Of a stretch of DNA of 64,000 nucleotides, positions 48,761 to 58,132 are shown piece after piece. The DNA lies in the NCBI GenBank assembly GCA_047947115.1, contig CP170459.1, positions 5,920,001-5,984,000 of the forward strand. The letters are read 5' to 3'. The notes below the pieces were generated by a model. The model ran no database searches. It was given only the letters and a program-made list of their open reading frames with translations, and was not told where the DNA came from. The stretch's first letter is position 1, and each line of letters opens with the position of its first letter. Made by a program: the position numbers and the translations under genes. The DNA comes from Verrucomicrobiota bacterium. GTDB lineage: Bacteria > Verrucomicrobiota > Verrucomicrobiia > Limisphaerales > AAA164-E04.

Positions 48761-49068
48761 CGCGGCAGCGGGGCCCTACCGGAGGCGAGGCCTCTGGGGT
48801 CGGTAGGGATGAGCTGCTGCTCGTTCGCCTACGCGTGCGAACACGCTTCAGGCAACCCTACACTTCCAGTGCGTTCGCGGCCCCGCGGCAGCGGGGCCCT
48901 ACCGGAGTCGAAGCCTCTTGGGTCGGTAGGGATGAGCTGCTGCTCGTCCGCCTACGCGTGCGAACATGCTTCAGGCAACCCTACACTTCCAGTGCGATCG
49001 CGGCCCCGCGGCAGCGGGGCCCTACCGGAGGAGGAGCGTCTTGAATCAAACTCCCTATGTAGATTTCT

Positions 49069-50472
49069 CTACCGCCTTTTCCGCGTCCAGGAATTACGAG
49101 GTCTTGGGCGGTTGCGTCCGAGTTGAGAACTTTTGGCAGCTTTGTGATTTCGATTCCCATCTACGGATTTGGAGTGTCGGATGGGTTCCGCAGCGAGAGC
49201 GCAGTGATAGGCATGTTCATGGTCCGCAGGGATGGGCTTTTTGAGAAATCGTTCGATTCCCATCAGTTGCCCACGTTCCTCGGCTGAACAAAACGAAACC
49301 GCGTGCCCGGATTCCCCTGCCCTTGCAGTACGCCCGATACGGTGCACATAAGTTTCAGGTTCTTTGGGCAGTTGGTAATTGACCACGTGTGTGATTCCGT
49401 CCACATCAATACCGCGGGCAGCAACGTCGGTTGCCACCAGAACACGCACTTTGCCATTTCGAAAATGATCCAAAGCCTTCACCCGCGCGGCTTGGCTTTT
49501 GTTGCCATGGATGGCCGAGGAAATGATGCCCGATTTGTTCAATTTTTCAGCAAGCTTATTGGCCACGTGTTTCATCTGGGTAAACACGATCACCTTCTTG
49601 GTGCTGTGGTCGTCAAAGAGGGAAAGCAACAAGGAATGCTTTTTCTTGTCGTTCACGAACATGACTTTTTGCGCGATGCGATCCACGGTCGGTTCTTCGG
49701 GTGCAATAGCTACCTGAGCGGGATTCCTGAGCAGTTCCGCAGCCAGCGCGCGAATATCTTTGGGAAGTGTGGCGGAAAAAAACAGGGACTGCTTGTCTGC
49801 GGGTAATTGCTGCAAGATACGACGAATATCGTGAATGAACCCCATGTCCAACATGCGATCCGCTTCGTCCAGAACAAAGGTTTCAACCGCTTCCAGACTG
49901 ATCATCCGTTGCTGAATGAGATCGATCAATCGCCCCGGGGTTGCCACCAGGAAATCAACGCCGTTGCGCATGGCCTTTTCCTGCGGATGCTGACTTACGC
50001 CGCCATAAACGAGGGCTTCCCGCACCTTGAGGAATGATCCCAGTGATTGAATGTTTTGCTGTATTTGCAAGGCCAGTTCACGTGTGGGAGCTAGGATCAA
50101 TACGCGAGCCGACTTTTGGGTGTAAGGTTTTGGGTGATTGGCAATGTGTTGCAACAGAGGCAAAATAAAAGCCGCTGTTTTTCCGGTGCCGGTTTGTGCG
50201 CTGCCCAAGAGATCCTTGCGCTGCAGCAAATGCGGCAGGCATTCCCGCTGAATGGGGGTCGGGGCCTGGTAATTGATGGCAGCCAGGGCATGTTGCAGTT
50301 CCGGGATCAGTCCACCAAAGGGACAATCGGGTTGCCAGGTCGGCATGGTTTCCGGAAGTTGTTTGGGTGCAGTGAAAACTGCAGTGTTACCGTTTTGCCG
50401 ATCCGATGCGGACGCGGCACGATGCTTGGGTCGACGATCAAAGGATCGACGACGACGAGTCTCATTTCTCAT
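49069..50472 (-). CDS. DEAD-box ATP-dependent RNA helicase (RhlE-like)
   Basis: PTPIQ, AQTGTGKT, PTRELA, TPGRL, DEAD, SAT, ARGID and HRIGRTAR motifs. Confidence 0.96.
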   Translation of the reverse strand: MRNETRRRRSFDRRPKHRAASASDRQNGNTAVFTAPKQLPETMPTWQPDCPFGGLIPELQHALAAINYQAPTPIQRECLPHLLQRKDLLGSAQTGTGKTAAFILPLLQHIANHPKPYTQKSARVLILAPTRELALQIQQNIQSLGSFLKVREALVYGGVSQHPQEKAMRNGVDFLVATPGRLIDLIQQRMISLEAVETFVLDEADRMLDMGFIHDIRRILQQLPADKQSLFFSATLPKDIRALAAELLRNPAQVAIAPEEPTVDRIAQKVMFVNDKKKHSLLLSLFDDHSTKKVIVFTQMKHVANKLAEKLNKSGIISSAIHGNKSQAARVKALDHFRNGKVRVLVATDVAARGIDVDGITHVVNYQLPKEPETYVHRIGRTARAGESGHAVSFCSAEERGQLMGIERFLKKPIPADHEHAYHCALAAEPIRHSKSVDGNRNHKAAKSSQLGRNRPRPRNSWTRKRR

Positions 50473-50639
50473 GTATTTCTTTTGGGTCCGGTGCTAAAAC
50501 ATCTTCTCCACCACCGGACTTGAGGAAAAAAAGCCTGCGAACTTCGCAGATAAATAACCGAGCTCGCTGGTGCGAATCTTCGGAAAAGCAGGAATCGATG
50601 AAGACTCATGGAACGAGCCTTTCGCTGCGTGAATGGCGC

Positions 50640-50667
50640 AACATACGGCGTGAACAAGAAAGGTCAA
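50640..50667 (-). promoter_or_regulatory. Putative sigma70 promoter of the DEAD-box helicase
   Basis: Minus strand TTGACC-16 nt-TATGTT, about 170 nt upstream of the ATG. Confidence 0.45.
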
Positions 50668-50740
50668 GCGAAATAAAAAAGTTTCGTGATTATCATTATT
50701 GAGAATCGGCGCATTTTCTGCTCCTATAAAACCTATACGC

Positions 50741-53700
50741 ATGATGAGAAATTTGATGCAGCAGCGATTGAAATTGAAAAGCAACGTCCACCCAACGACC
50801 TGGATCGGCCGGGTATTCGGCTTGTTCTTGCTGGGACTTTCGTTCGTTTGGACACAAGTCCATGCCGCGGAACAAAATGAGGTTGCGGAAGCCCTGATCC
50901 GGGTTCTGTCGGTGCAGGGGCAGGTGGATGTTTCGAAGACCAAGGGGCAGGATTGGATCCCAGCCAAAGTCGATATGCCCCTTTCGCCAGGGGACATGGT
51001 GCGCACGGGGCGACGAAGCAAAGCGGCTCTACAAATGACCGATAAGACGGTCCTGAAAATCCGTCAATTGACCAGCATGGTGGTGCAGGCGGCGGAGACC
51101 GATGGCGATCAACCCCTGTTGAATCTGGAATCAGGATCGCTCTTTTTCTTCAGCCGGGAAAGCCCCAAAGAGGTCCCCTTCCGCACCTCGCTCACTTCCG
51201 GGGCCATACGAGGCACCGAATTCGAATTGAGCGCGGTCGCAAACGGCGCCACAACATTGACCATGGTGGATGGTATGGTCGACTTGACCACTGCACAGGG
51301 TAACCTTTCGGCGGAAGGAGGCGAACAAGTGGTCATCGAACCGGGACAAGCCCCTCGCAAGTCCGCCATGCTCGATGCGACATCGATCATCCAATGGACT
51401 CTCTATTACCCTGGCATGTTGGATGCATCCGAACTCCAGTGGCTGAATGGCATTCCAGGAGACTGGCAATCCTCATTCAATGCCCATCAGGCAGGCAATC
51501 TCCCCAAGGCCATCGAACAACTGCCCGATGCCGCCGGCAACATTGAAGAAGAGGCGGCCCGATTGCTGCGTGCGGCGATCTGGTTGACACACGGTGAGGC
51601 GAACACCGCAGAGTCCCTGCTGGCACACAACTGGAACATCGACAAACATCGGCATCTGGCGGAAGCGCTTCAATTACTGATCGAAGGTTTGCAGAATCGG
51701 TTGTCGAACACAGCCAACCTGACCGTCATGACACTGACCAACACAGGCTCACTCGTCGCATCCTATCTGGCTCAGTCTGATTTCGATCTCGATCGCGCGT
51801 TACGGATGGCCCGGCGCGCCGCAGAAGATTCACCCAATTTCGGATATGCCTGGGTTCGAGTGGCTGAACTTCAATTTGCTCACGGACATTTGAATGAAAC
51901 CGAAAACGCTTTAACAAAAGCCTTACAGACCTCACCAGAAAACGCCCAGGCACGAACGCTGCAAGGATTCATCCACCTCGCCAATCATCGTCCCGGCGCG
52001 GCACTGGCAGCGATGCAACAAGCCATCGACCTGGACGCCGGATTGTCCAATGCATGGTTGGGACGTGGTCTGGCGAAGTTTCGTCTGGGTGAACGAAGCG
52101 AAGCTCGGCAGGACCTGCAAGCGGCCACCATTCTCGAACCACAACGATCCCTCTTGCGCAGTTATCTCGGCAAAGCATACCAGGTGGATGGCGAATACGT
52201 TCCTGCCCAGCGCGAACTGGATCGCGCCATGGAGCTGGATCCCAACGATCCGACGCCATTCCTCTACCGAGCCTTGATTCGTTATCAACAGAATGAATTG
52301 ATCCCAGCCATCACTGATCTGGAGGAATCCATTCGACTGAACGACAACCGGGGCATCTACCGTTCACGATCCCTGCTGGACAAAGATCAATCCGTTCGCC
52401 AGGCCAACCTTGCTTCCATGTATCGGGACGCGCACATGCACACCTGGAGTCAACGCGAAGCCGCCGCATCCATTGAAAGCGATTACACCAACGCGTCCGC
52501 ACACATGTTCCTGGCCAACAGCTACGATGCTCTGCGCGATCCACGACAGCTCAATCTCCGATACGAAACACCCTGGGCGAGTGAATTGTTCCTGGCTCAG
52601 ATGCTGATGCCCGCCGGTTCAGCCAACCTGTCACGTCAGATTTCCCAGAACGAATACACTGCCTTGTTTGATCAACAACGGTTTCACCTGATCAACACAA
52701 CGGAATATCAAAGCAGCGGTTTGTGGGATCAATCCACATCACACTATGGAAATCTCTCCAACTTGAGTTACGCCGTCGATGTGGACTACTACAATGACCC
52801 CGGCCAGCGCCCGAACAACGACACGGAAAACCTGAGCATCTGGACATCCGCCAAGTTCAGCCTTACACCTCAGGATGAATTGATGCTTCAAGCCGTTTAT
52901 TCGGATTATGAATCGGGAGACGTTGCCCAATATCACACCCAGGCGAACGGAAGCACCACGCAACGCATCGACGAGGATCAGAAACCCCTGCTCTTCCTGG
53001 GTTACAACCGCACATGGCATCCGGACAGCCACACACTTTTCCTGGCCAGTTATTTTGACGACACATTTGTTCGCAACGACCCCACCACGATTGTCCCTGT
53101 GATCGATCGCGATGCGGCCGGCAACGTAACCGGGGTCAATCCGTTCACATTTGACCTGAACTATCAACGAAAACTGCGCGGTTTCGGCGCCGAACTTCAA
53201 CAAATTCTGAAAGGCGAACGTTCCACCACCATCGCGGGGGCCCGTTACCAATGGGCCGAAGTCGATACCGAAGCCACGCTCAACCGCAGAGGCACCGCCT
53301 TCCCCCCCATCTTCTCAACCCCTCCTGCGGATCAAAGAGTGCGCCCCAACCTTGACCGGTTTTCGGCATACGCCTACTACTATTACGAACTCACCGAAAA
53401 ACTGACCGCCTACATGGGAGCATCGGTTGACGCACTGCACTATCCACAAAACACCGAGATTCCTCCGGTTACACCCCTGGAAGAAAGCGACGTTCAAGTT
53501 TCCCCCAAAGTGGGATTGCGCTACGAACCCTTTGAACATACCACCTTGCGCGCAGCTTACTCCCAAAGCCTGGGCGGAGTCTTTTTTGATCAGAGCATCC
53601 GACTCGAACCGACGCAGATGGCGGGATTCGTCACCACCTATCGCAGTGTTCTCCCCGAATCCGGTGCAGGCATTCTTCCCGGAGCCGAACAAGAAGTGGG

Positions 53701-54295
53701 CGGCGTGGCCTGGGATCAACGATTTGGCAAGAAGACATTCCTGACCGTATCCGGCCAATGGCTTCAATCGGATGGCGCCCGACTGTTGGGAACCTTTGAT
53801 TCCACAAACTTTCCGGCCAATGTCGACAACACATCCCAAAGAATCGATTACGATGAGCAATCACTCCTCATCTCACTGAATCAATTGATCGATCCATGGT
53901 TTTTCGCTGGAGCGGATTATCGTTTATCTTACGCCTCAATGCATACTTCATTGACAGGTATCCCCACTGCAGTTTTGCCAACAGGCCGATCCTCCATGGA
54001 CGCCACATTGCACCAATTGAAACTATTTGCCGGCATGCAGCATCCTTCCGGACTCTTCGCGCGCGTGGAAAGTGTCTGGACCAAACAATCCCACGATGGC
54101 ACACCTCAACCAACGGACGATGACGTACTGCAATGGAACCTCTGGGCTGGCTATCGTTTCTGGGATCGACGCGCCGAATTGAGCGCCGGATTGTTGAATA
54201 TCGGAGACCAAAACTACCAACTGCACCCGATCCACTACTACAACGAACTCCCCCGGGAACGCACCTTCGCGGCGAGATTTAGGCTTAGCTTTTAA
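50741..54295 (+). CDS. FecR-TPR-beta-barrel outer-membrane receptor (NsrA-like)
   Basis: Signal peptide; FecR-like LSPGDMVRTG...AIRGTEF; multiple TPRs (AWLGRGLAKFRLG, YLGKAY); C-terminal beta-strand region ending RFRLSF. Confidence 0.87.
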   Translation: MMRNLMQQRLKLKSNVHPTTWIGRVFGLFLLGLSFVWTQVHAAEQNEVAEALIRVLSVQGQVDVSKTKGQDWIPAKVDMPLSPGDMVRTGRRSKAALQMTDKTVLKIRQLTSMVVQAAETDGDQPLLNLESGSLFFFSRESPKEVPFRTSLTSGAIRGTEFELSAVANGATTLTMVDGMVDLTTAQGNLSAEGGEQVVIEPGQAPRKSAMLDATSIIQWTLYYPGMLDASELQWLNGIPGDWQSSFNAHQAGNLPKAIEQLPDAAGNIEEEAARLLRAAIWLTHGEANTAESLLAHNWNIDKHRHLAEALQLLIEGLQNRLSNTANLTVMTLTNTGSLVASYLAQSDFDLDRALRMARRAAEDSPNFGYAWVRVAELQFAHGHLNETENALTKALQTSPENAQARTLQGFIHLANHRPGAALAAMQQAIDLDAGLSNAWLGRGLAKFRLGERSEARQDLQAATILEPQRSLLRSYLGKAYQVDGEYVPAQRELDRAMELDPNDPTPFLYRALIRYQQNELIPAITDLEESIRLNDNRGIYRSRSLLDKDQSVRQANLASMYRDAHMHTWSQREAAASIESDYTNASAHMFLANSYDALRDPRQLNLRYETPWASELFLAQMLMPAGSANLSRQISQNEYTALFDQQRFHLINTTEYQSSGLWDQSTSHYGNLSNLSYAVDVDYYNDPGQRPNNDTENLSIWTSAKFSLTPQDELMLQAVYSDYESGDVAQYHTQANGSTTQRIDEDQKPLLFLGYNRTWHPDSHTLFLASYFDDTFVRNDPTTIVPVIDRDAAGNVTGVNPFTFDLNYQRKLRGFGAELQQILKGERSTTIAGARYQWAEVDTEATLNRRGTAFPPIFSTPPADQRVRPNLDRFSAYAYYYYELTEKLTAYMGASVDALHYPQNTEIPPVTPLEESDVQVSPKVGLRYEPFEHTTLRAAYSQSLGGVFFDQSIRLEPTQMAGFVTTYRSVLPESGAGILPGAEQEVGGVAWDQRFGKKTFLTVSGQWLQSDGARLLGTFDSTNFPANVDNTSQRIDYDEQSLLISLNQLIDPWFFAGADYRLSYASMHTSLTGIPTAVLPTGRSSMDATLHQLKLFAGMQHPSGLFARVESVWTKQSHDGTPQPTDDDVLQWNLWAGYRFWDRRAELSAGLLNIGDQNYQLHPIHYYNELPRERTFAARFRLSF

Positions 54296-54347
54296 TCTCG
54301 GGACTGCTACGATCGGCGCGACGGTGATGGCGCCGTTGTGATTGATC

Positions 54348-56405
54348 ATGTCCGTTTCAGACTCCTTTCAGAGATCCACATGGCTCGGTCCCATCATTGG
54401 GGCCACGCTGACGGTCGTACTGGGATTATTCTGCTTCGACTCACAGATCCCCATCACACAAACACTACACCGAAAAAGCTACGACCTTTCCTTTCACCTG
54501 CGCCAGCGCACCGTTCCGAAAGAAGTGGTTTTGGTCTATATGGATGACGCATCCTATGAGGAATTCAATCCGAGCTACGATCGATGGGATCGACGCCTGC
54601 ACGCCAGACTGCTTGACCGGCTCACAGAGGAAGGAGCCAAAGCGGTGGTATTCGACGTTATCTTCTCGGGGGCCACCACGGATGATCCGGATGCGGACAA
54701 TGTCTTCGAACAAGCCATCGAACGCAATGGCAACGTCATCCTGGGAGCCGATCTCCAAGTAGGCGGTTACTCGGCAGCCATGAAGCACTCCGAATCGTTG
54801 ATGCTTCCCTATGAACCCTTCGAATTTGCCGCCGCTTCCACCGGTTTTGTGCAATTCGACGAAGACGCTGATTTTCTTGTTCGCAAACACCGTCATCAGG
54901 GACAGATCAACCCCCAGATCACCAGCATGACATGGGAAACGGCGCTCTGGACAGGCGCTTCCCATCTCGAGGACGAATCATCGCCCATATTCAAGGAAGT
55001 GCAGGAAGCCTGGGTCAACTACTATGGCCCGCCTCTGACACTGCCCAAGATCAGCTACCACCAGGTCATTCAAGCTGATGGTGTGGCAAAAGGTTTTTTC
55101 AAAGACAAAATCGTCTTTATCGGAGCCAACATCCGCACGTTGAATGTGAACGAACGCAAAGACGAATTTCGCAGTCCCTACGCAGATTTCCTTTACGTCA
55201 AGCAAGTCGACCAATTCATGCCGGGGGTTGAAGTTCACGCGACGATCCTGCTCAATTTGATCCGGGGGGATTGGCTGAGACGAGTTCCGCTGGGCACCCA
55301 AGGCATTGTGTTGGCCCTGACCGGATTGTTCCTTGGGATCGGCATCGGCAGGATGCGCCCATTGACCGCCGTCCCGGTTTCCTTGCTTCTGGCGGCATTG
55401 GTCATGGGAATCTCCCAATGGCTTTTCCAACAACACCGTTATTGGTTTCCCTGGTTGATCATTGTCGCCGTTCAGATACCGGCAGCCATGCTTTGGTCTG
55501 TGACCTTCAACGCGGCCAGACTCTATGTGCAACGTCAATTACTGAGACAATCACTCAACCTTTACCTCTCTCCCCGTCTCGTCAAAGCGTTCCTGGGGAG
55601 AAAAGACCGCGACTTTCTGAAACCGGGGGCTGAAAAACAGGAAGTCACCATCCTGTTTTCCGACATCGCCGGATTCACAGCAGCGACCGAAGGCATGGAC
55701 TCCGATGAACTCGCCCGATCCATGAACGAATATTTCCAACGCATGGTGGAAAACGGCGTTCATCCGCAGGACGGCACCGTGATCAAGTTCATCGGCGACT
55801 CCATCTTCGCGCTCTGGAACGCCCCCGAGTCTCAGCACGACCACGCCTTGAGAGCCTGCAAAGCAGCCATTGCACTCGATCAGCAATCCTTTGCCTTCCG
55901 TGAAGGAGACCCCGTATGCACACGCATCGGCATCCACACAGGCATCGCCAACGTCGGCAATTTCGGCAGTGACAATCGCGTTGATTACACCGCCATCGGC
56001 GAAAACATCAACCTCGCCTCACGCATCGAAGGACTCAACAAATACCTGCGAACCAATATCCTGATCAGTGCCGAAACGCGGAAACTCATTGGGGATGAAC
56101 TGAAAAACGTCCGCTATCTGGGCAAGTTCCGCTTGTCCGGCTTCGAGAAATCAGTCGGCATCTCCGAACTCATGCCCTCCGAGCATCCACTGCTCAAAAC
56201 TCCTGAACTGCTGGATCAATTTGAAGCCGCGCGCCTGTGCCATGACCAGGGCAACATGGAAGAAGCCGTCAAAAAATTCCAGACCATCCAAGCTGCAGCC
56301 CCCGAGGACGGGCCAACCCTCTTCTACACCAAACGCTGCCAAAGCATCCTCCACGGAGCCCTGGAAACCACCACCCCTGACCGCATCATCATCGGAGAGA
56401 AATAG
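54348..56405 (+). CDS. CHASE2-domain class III adenylate cyclase (CyaK-like)
   Basis: CHASE2 (HARLLDRL...GAKAVVFDVIF, KIVFIG, MPGVEVHA) and 3 TMs; catalytic FSDIAGFT, KFIGD and YTAIGENINLASRIEG, with Lys/Thr indicating ATP specificity. Confidence 0.93.
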   Translation: MSVSDSFQRSTWLGPIIGATLTVVLGLFCFDSQIPITQTLHRKSYDLSFHLRQRTVPKEVVLVYMDDASYEEFNPSYDRWDRRLHARLLDRLTEEGAKAVVFDVIFSGATTDDPDADNVFEQAIERNGNVILGADLQVGGYSAAMKHSESLMLPYEPFEFAAASTGFVQFDEDADFLVRKHRHQGQINPQITSMTWETALWTGASHLEDESSPIFKEVQEAWVNYYGPPLTLPKISYHQVIQADGVAKGFFKDKIVFIGANIRTLNVNERKDEFRSPYADFLYVKQVDQFMPGVEVHATILLNLIRGDWLRRVPLGTQGIVLALTGLFLGIGIGRMRPLTAVPVSLLLAALVMGISQWLFQQHRYWFPWLIIVAVQIPAAMLWSVTFNAARLYVQRQLLRQSLNLYLSPRLVKAFLGRKDRDFLKPGAEKQEVTILFSDIAGFTAATEGMDSDELARSMNEYFQRMVENGVHPQDGTVIKFIGDSIFALWNAPESQHDHALRACKAAIALDQQSFAFREGDPVCTRIGIHTGIANVGNFGSDNRVDYTAIGENINLASRIEGLNKYLRTNILISAETRKLIGDELKNVRYLGKFRLSGFEKSVGISELMPSEHPLLKTPELLDQFEAARLCHDQGNMEEAVKKFQTIQAAAPEDGPTLFYTKRCQSILHGALETTTPDRIIIGEK

Positions 56406-56426
56406 TGGGGGGGGTATGGCTTTTTT

Positions 56427-56660
56427 TTCACGCCCGCTGCGCTCGAGACGCAGAGGCGCAGAGTTCTTTTTGAGGTATGGAATCGCTGTTGCGAGTCCGC
56501 CTGCCGACAAGCTCGGAAACAAATTAAGGATTCCTGAGCCTACCAGCCAGGTAGAGCGTGTCGTCCCCGACGCGCATCCTTGTGGCTTCCAAACCCTCAG
56601 ATTGCTTGCGTTTCGGGAAGCCTCCAATTCACTATTCACTATTTTAAATTTTCCATTTCA
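56427..56660. repeat. Composite repeat-rich spacer between convergent genes
   Basis: acgcagaggcgcagag unit (about 56447-56463), GGTAGAGCG REPIN left end (56550-56558) and 7-bp periodic aattcactattcactatttt (about 56626-56660). Confidence 0.55.
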
Positions 56661-58115
56661 CCCCCGAAGCACCTCTTTCACCACACCTCCCTGGACGTCG
56701 GTGAGTCGACGGTCAAGACCGTTGTAGTAGTAGGTGAGGCGTTCGTGATCGAAGCCCAGCAGGTGCAGCACCGTGCCGTAGAAGTCCCAGACGGTGGTCG
56801 GGTTCACCACGGCGCGGCGGCCGAATTCGTCGGTGGCCCCGTAACTCACACCTCCTTTGACGCCAGCGCCAGCCATCCAGCAGGTGAAGCCGTCCGGATT
56901 ATGATCGCGTCCCGAGGTACCTTCCTGATGGGTGGGCATGCGACCGAATTCGGTGGTCCAGAGGATCAGAGTGTCGTCCAGCATACCGCGTTGTTTGAGG
57001 TCGGTGATGAGGGCGGCAGTGGGTTGATCAAAGATCGGACAATGCCGTTCGTAATCGGATTTCAAGGTCTTGTGCGCATCCCAGTTCAACAACCCATCCA
57101 CCCCACTGGCACGCGAGGCACAATAGAGATTAACGTAACGCACTCCGCGTTCCAGCAGGCGACGCGCCATGACGCAGTTCTTTGCGTATCCGGCTTTCAG
57201 CGGATTGGGATCATCCATGCCGTAGAGCCGCCTGATGTGATCGGGTTCGTTGGCCCAATCGGAAACTTCCGGTGCTGACAACTGCATGCGGGCAGCCAGT
57301 TCATAAGCTGCCATGCGGGCCTGCAGCGCTGAATCACCCTGACGTGTGGCGGCATGCTGTTCGTTGAGGAAAGCAATCAGTTCACGTGTGTCTTCCTCTT
57401 GAGAGGCATTAACCACACTGGGTCGCTGCAGGTTGCGTATGGGCTGCTGAGCACTCATCACGATGGCCTGATGTCGAGCCGGAAGAAATCCATTGCTCCA
57501 GTTCGCTTTTCCGTTGGGCGGCTCTCCCCGGACGTCCGGAATGGCCACATAAGCCGGAAGGTTTTCATTGGCGGAACCAAGAGCATAACTCATCCAGGCT
57601 CCCGCGCTGGGAAAACCCTCACTCGGATGCCCCGTGTTCATGAAGACGCAACCGGGCCCGTGAGTGTTGGTCTTGGAATGCATACCGTGGAAGAAAGCGA
57701 TTTCATCCACGTGTTTGGCCAGGTTCGGTAGCATGGATGAAATCTTCTTGCCACTTTGTCCTGAAGCCACAAAGGGCCAGGGGCTTTTCATCAGGTTTCC
57801 GTTTTTACCCTGGAACGAAAGAAATCCTTCCGCCCCTGGCAAAGGTGTGCCATGCCATTTTTCCAAACCCGGTTTATGCTCCCACAGATCCATGTGGGAC
57901 GCCGCACCGGGAGAAAAAATTTGCAGAACACGCGAGGCTTTTGGAGTGTGATGCGTTTTTCCGACGCCGGGCTGCCAAGGAGTTTCGGCAGCGGTCCATC
58001 CTTCTTGCCGCATCAGGCTGGTCAGACCGACCCCCATCAATCCCCTGTAAACGTCATGAAGAAATCCTCTTCGATGTTTGAGGGCGTCCCAGGCTGGTTG
58101 GTTGGTATGATTCAT
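56658..58115 (-). CDS. DUF1501 family protein, Tat-like signal
   Basis: HRRGFL, SHMDLW, YELAARMQ, ARRLLERGVR, WDAH, EFGRMP, GRDHN and GATDEFG motifs. Confidence 0.93.
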   Translation of the reverse strand: MNHTNQPAWDALKHRRGFLHDVYRGLMGVGLTSLMRQEGWTAAETPWQPGVGKTHHTPKASRVLQIFSPGAASHMDLWEHKPGLEKWHGTPLPGAEGFLSFQGKNGNLMKSPWPFVASGQSGKKISSMLPNLAKHVDEIAFFHGMHSKTNTHGPGCVFMNTGHPSEGFPSAGAWMSYALGSANENLPAYVAIPDVRGEPPNGKANWSNGFLPARHQAIVMSAQQPIRNLQRPSVVNASQEEDTRELIAFLNEQHAATRQGDSALQARMAAYELAARMQLSAPEVSDWANEPDHIRRLYGMDDPNPLKAGYAKNCVMARRLLERGVRYVNLYCASRASGVDGLLNWDAHKTLKSDYERHCPIFDQPTAALITDLKQRGMLDDTLILWTTEFGRMPTHQEGTSGRDHNPDGFTCWMAGAGVKGGVSYGATDEFGRRAVVNPTTVWDFYGTVLHLLGFDHERLTYYYNGLDRRLTDVQGGVVKEVLRG

Positions 58116-58132
58116 GGTGTTTGAACAAAGGA

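Larger units (their letters stand above)
47134..49026. repeat. Three tandem 123-bp BIME/REPIN-like units, the first interrupted by an IS
   Basis: Copy 1 is 47134-47246 plus 48771-48780, copy 2 is 48781-48903, copy 3 is 48904-49026. Each carries two inverted GTAG-hairpin REPs. Confidence 0.9.

Noticed and set aside
47134..49026. CRISPR array
   Set aside because: The units are near-identical over the whole 123 bp with no unique spacers, and there are no cas genes.
48700..49126. ORFs of 114 and 122 aa with internal 41-aa repeats
   Set aside because: These are read-through of the 123-bp (41-codon) DNA repeats, with no protein-like features.
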